A stretch of DNA of 55,312 nt, taken from the IMG/VR virus record IMGVR_UViG_3300020182_002848, positions 1 to 55,312 of that record, one strand, 5' to 3'. Under the pieces are notes generated by a model, which saw only the letters and a program-made list of their open reading frames with translations, ran no database searches and was not told where the DNA came from. The stretch is from a virus (taxonomy: Duplodnaviria > Caudoviricetes). Each line of letters opens with the position of its first letter. Position 1 is the first letter of the stretch. This document shows positions 55,202 to 55,312 of this stretch, piece by piece. The position numbers and the translations under genes were made by a program.

Positions 55202-55312
55202 ATGTCAAACGCAATTCAATTAGATTTATTTCAAGGAAAAGTATTAACAACTGAGCAGGAGCAAGAAATTGCTACTTGGATAGAAAATCAAGCTAAAAGA
55301 GCTGTTAAAGCT
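55202..55312 (+). CDS. Hypothetical early protein, truncated by the window end
   Basis: AATAAAGGTT-ATG; open to the end (MSNAIQLDLFQG...). Confidence 0.6.
   Translation, partial: MSNAIQLDLFQGKVLTTEQEQEIATWIENQAKRAVKA

Noticed and set aside
1-55312. Stop-codon reassignment
   Set aside because: Conserved genes are full length under the standard code; TAA, TAG and TGA all end genes; the single tRNA is not a suppressor.

Overview
A 55 kb, strongly AT-rich segment of a large contractile-tailed dsDNA phage, coded entirely on the + strand. The host is probably Bacteroidota/Flavobacteriia: there are no classical Shine-Dalgarno sites, and DUF4494-like and Hc1-like small genes are present. Gene order: (1) tail/baseplate genes; (2) replication block (short family-A polymerase, SSB, RecA, 5'-3' exonuclease, DnaB-like helicase, NrdB/NrdA); (3) envelope/lysis module (outer-membrane beta-barrel, lipoprotein, redox-dead thioredoxin, holin-like protein, YkuD-like enzyme); (4) 7-deazaguanine cluster (TGT/DpdA-like, QueC, QueD, QueE, FolE, plus a purine phosphoribosyltransferase and a MazG-like pyrophosphatase) containing tRNA-Gln(UUG) and an unassigned pseudoknotted RNA; (5) split family-B polymerase, sliding clamp, Hsp20/GroES/GroEL, clamp loader, Cas4-like nuclease; (6) a 12-gene glycosylation island; (7) small early-type genes. 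Non-coding signals read from the sequence: a promoter-like motif TGG-N17-CGTATATT (at least 13 copies, three inside genes), a second motif ATAYKTATA, a repeated promoter+stem-loop cassette, an AAAGGTTAT start-proximal motif, and an 18-bp long-range complementarity bracketing hsp20. All functional calls come from motif recognition by eye; no database search was run.
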